Positions 33,167-34,118 of a stretch of 34,118 nucleotides of DNA are shown piece after piece. Location of the stretch: the IMG/VR virus record IMGVR_UViG_3300025652_000254, positions 1 to 34,118 of that record; one strand, given 5' to 3'. Each line of letters starts with the position of its first letter. Position 1 is the first letter of the stretch. A program made the position numbers and the translations under genes. The stretch comes from a virus (lineage: Duplodnaviria > Caudoviricetes). The notes under the pieces are model-generated. The model ran no database searches and was not told where the DNA came from. It saw only the letters and a program-made list of their open reading frames with translations.

Positions 33167-33549
33167 TACTTCTCCCGTGCGACGGAGTTAACCTTCTCGT
33201 AGGAGCGCATAGCGCCCAAACCCAGCATCCCCATCATAACGGGCACAAGCAGTGTTGTATCTACTTCCGGCACTGCGAACCAAATACCGAGGATATTGGC
33301 GATAATAGTGTTGTACAGCAGTCCCAGAGCGCATATCCAGCCGATGCAAGGTCTCCAACCAGCAACAAATAACGACTTATGTGCGGCTTCCATTTTGTTG
33401 ATTTCTAGCTGGCCCTTGAGCGCCTCATGCGAGTGCTTTTCAGACATGGTGGCAATCTCATGGGCCAAGGCGTTTTTCTGATCCTTGTCCTCTATGAACT
33501 TGTCCAGCAGCCCTGTAACTGGCCCTACTAGCGATGCAACGATACTCAT
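33166..33549 (-). CDS. Holin (3TM GTA-type holin family)
   Basis: SLFVAGWRPCIGW motif, hydrophobic segments and MLGLGAMRSYEK. Directly upstream of the lysozyme. Confidence 0.85.
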   Translation of the reverse strand: MSIVASLVGPVTGLLDKFIEDKDQKNALAHEIATMSEKHSHEALKGQLEINKMEAAHKSLFVAGWRPCIGWICALGLLYNTIIANILGIWFAVPEVDTTLLVPVMMGMLGLGAMRSYEKVNSVAREK

Positions 33550-33566
33550 AATATATTATTTCCTAA

Positions 33567-34016
33567 TTACGCTGTGAGCCACGTCAGCAGAACGGCAAGG
33601 GTCATCGGCAACAACAGCGCAAGAACCGCGATAAGCGTCATTACCTCTCTTACATCCTTCCAAAACTTCTTCTTTTCCGCAGCCTTACGCGCTAACTCTG
33701 TTTGTTTGGCTTTCCTCGCCGCTGCCATAGACGCCATCGCCTCTTGATACAGGTCACCATTGCCACTCATGGTAAAAAGATCGCGGACTTCGCGCATGGT
33801 GTCTTGTATTTGCTTTTTTGCCAGAGCAGCTTTTACAGCATCCGCCTCTGACAACTTACCCTCATTCTGGGCACGTTGAAGCTCAACTTCGGCACCACCG
33901 AGAGTCGATAAGAAACTAGAAATACTGGAGATGTCGTTGGTGGTCTCAGCGACTTGTTTTATCGCACTAGTAGCAGCATTTACGCCAGCTACGATAGCTG
34001 CGATTTCACCAATCAT
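33567..34016 (-). CDS. Hypothetical protein with C-terminal transmembrane helix
   Basis: Likely start is the ATG at 34016 (MIGEIAAIV...), 2 nt after the upstream stop. Coiled-coil body and a hydrophobic C-terminus. Confidence 0.7.
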   Translation of the reverse strand: MIGEIAAIVAGVNAATSAIKQVAETTNDISSISSFLSTLGGAEVELQRAQNEGKLSEADAVKAALAKKQIQDTMREVRDLFTMSGNGDLYQEAMASMAAARKAKQTELARKAAEKKKFWKDVREVMTLIAVLALLLPMTLAVLLTWLTA

Positions 34017-34018
34017 GG

Positions 34019-34118
34019 TTAGGCCATAAACTGCGGTAAAGCTACTGCAACAACCACCGTGACATATACGCCCCAAATCATTAGCTCAAGGCGATCAAAC
34101 CGCTTACTCCCGTCTTGG
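34019..34118 (-). CDS. 3' end of a small membrane protein (truncated by the window)
   Basis: Reads ...QDGSKRFDRLELMIWGVYVTVVVAVALPQFMA with TAA at 34019-34021. Confidence 0.6.
   Translation of the reverse strand, partial: QDGSKRFDRLELMIWGVYVTVVVAVALPQFMA

Overview
This is a roughly 34 kb fragment of a tailed dsDNA bacteriophage (podovirus-like, probably marine and infecting a proteobacterium; host is inference) with two convergent, tightly packed gene blocks. The + strand (1-12126) is a replication module: VRR-NUC nuclease, family A DNA polymerase (Leu762 type), Cas4/RecB-like nuclease, HNH-like protein, SNF2 helicase, HTH protein, two ssDNA-binding candidates, an AEP primase-DUF927 helicase fusion and four paralogous small proteins. 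The - strand (12228-34118) is a late module: holin and lysozyme, a P22 gp10-like tail/DNA-stabilisation protein and five probable internal (ejected) virion proteins, including a 2991-aa repeat protein and a 1929-aa polyvalent protein with an HExxH peptidase motif. No terminase, portal, capsid, integrase, tRNA or CRISPR array is visible. The most notable unexplained signals are: (1) a candidate ~90-nt anti-Shine-Dalgarno sRNA at the convergence point, complementary to RBSs of replication genes; (2) a three-way-junction element before the primase whose GCCGA loops match two leader motifs; (3) a 70-aa gene with a strong RBS overprinted inside the 1929-aa protein; (4) clustered beta-clamp-binding-like motifs in that protein; (5) a shared xxGG motif across four internal virion proteins. 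All family calls come from motif recognition by eye, with no database searches run.
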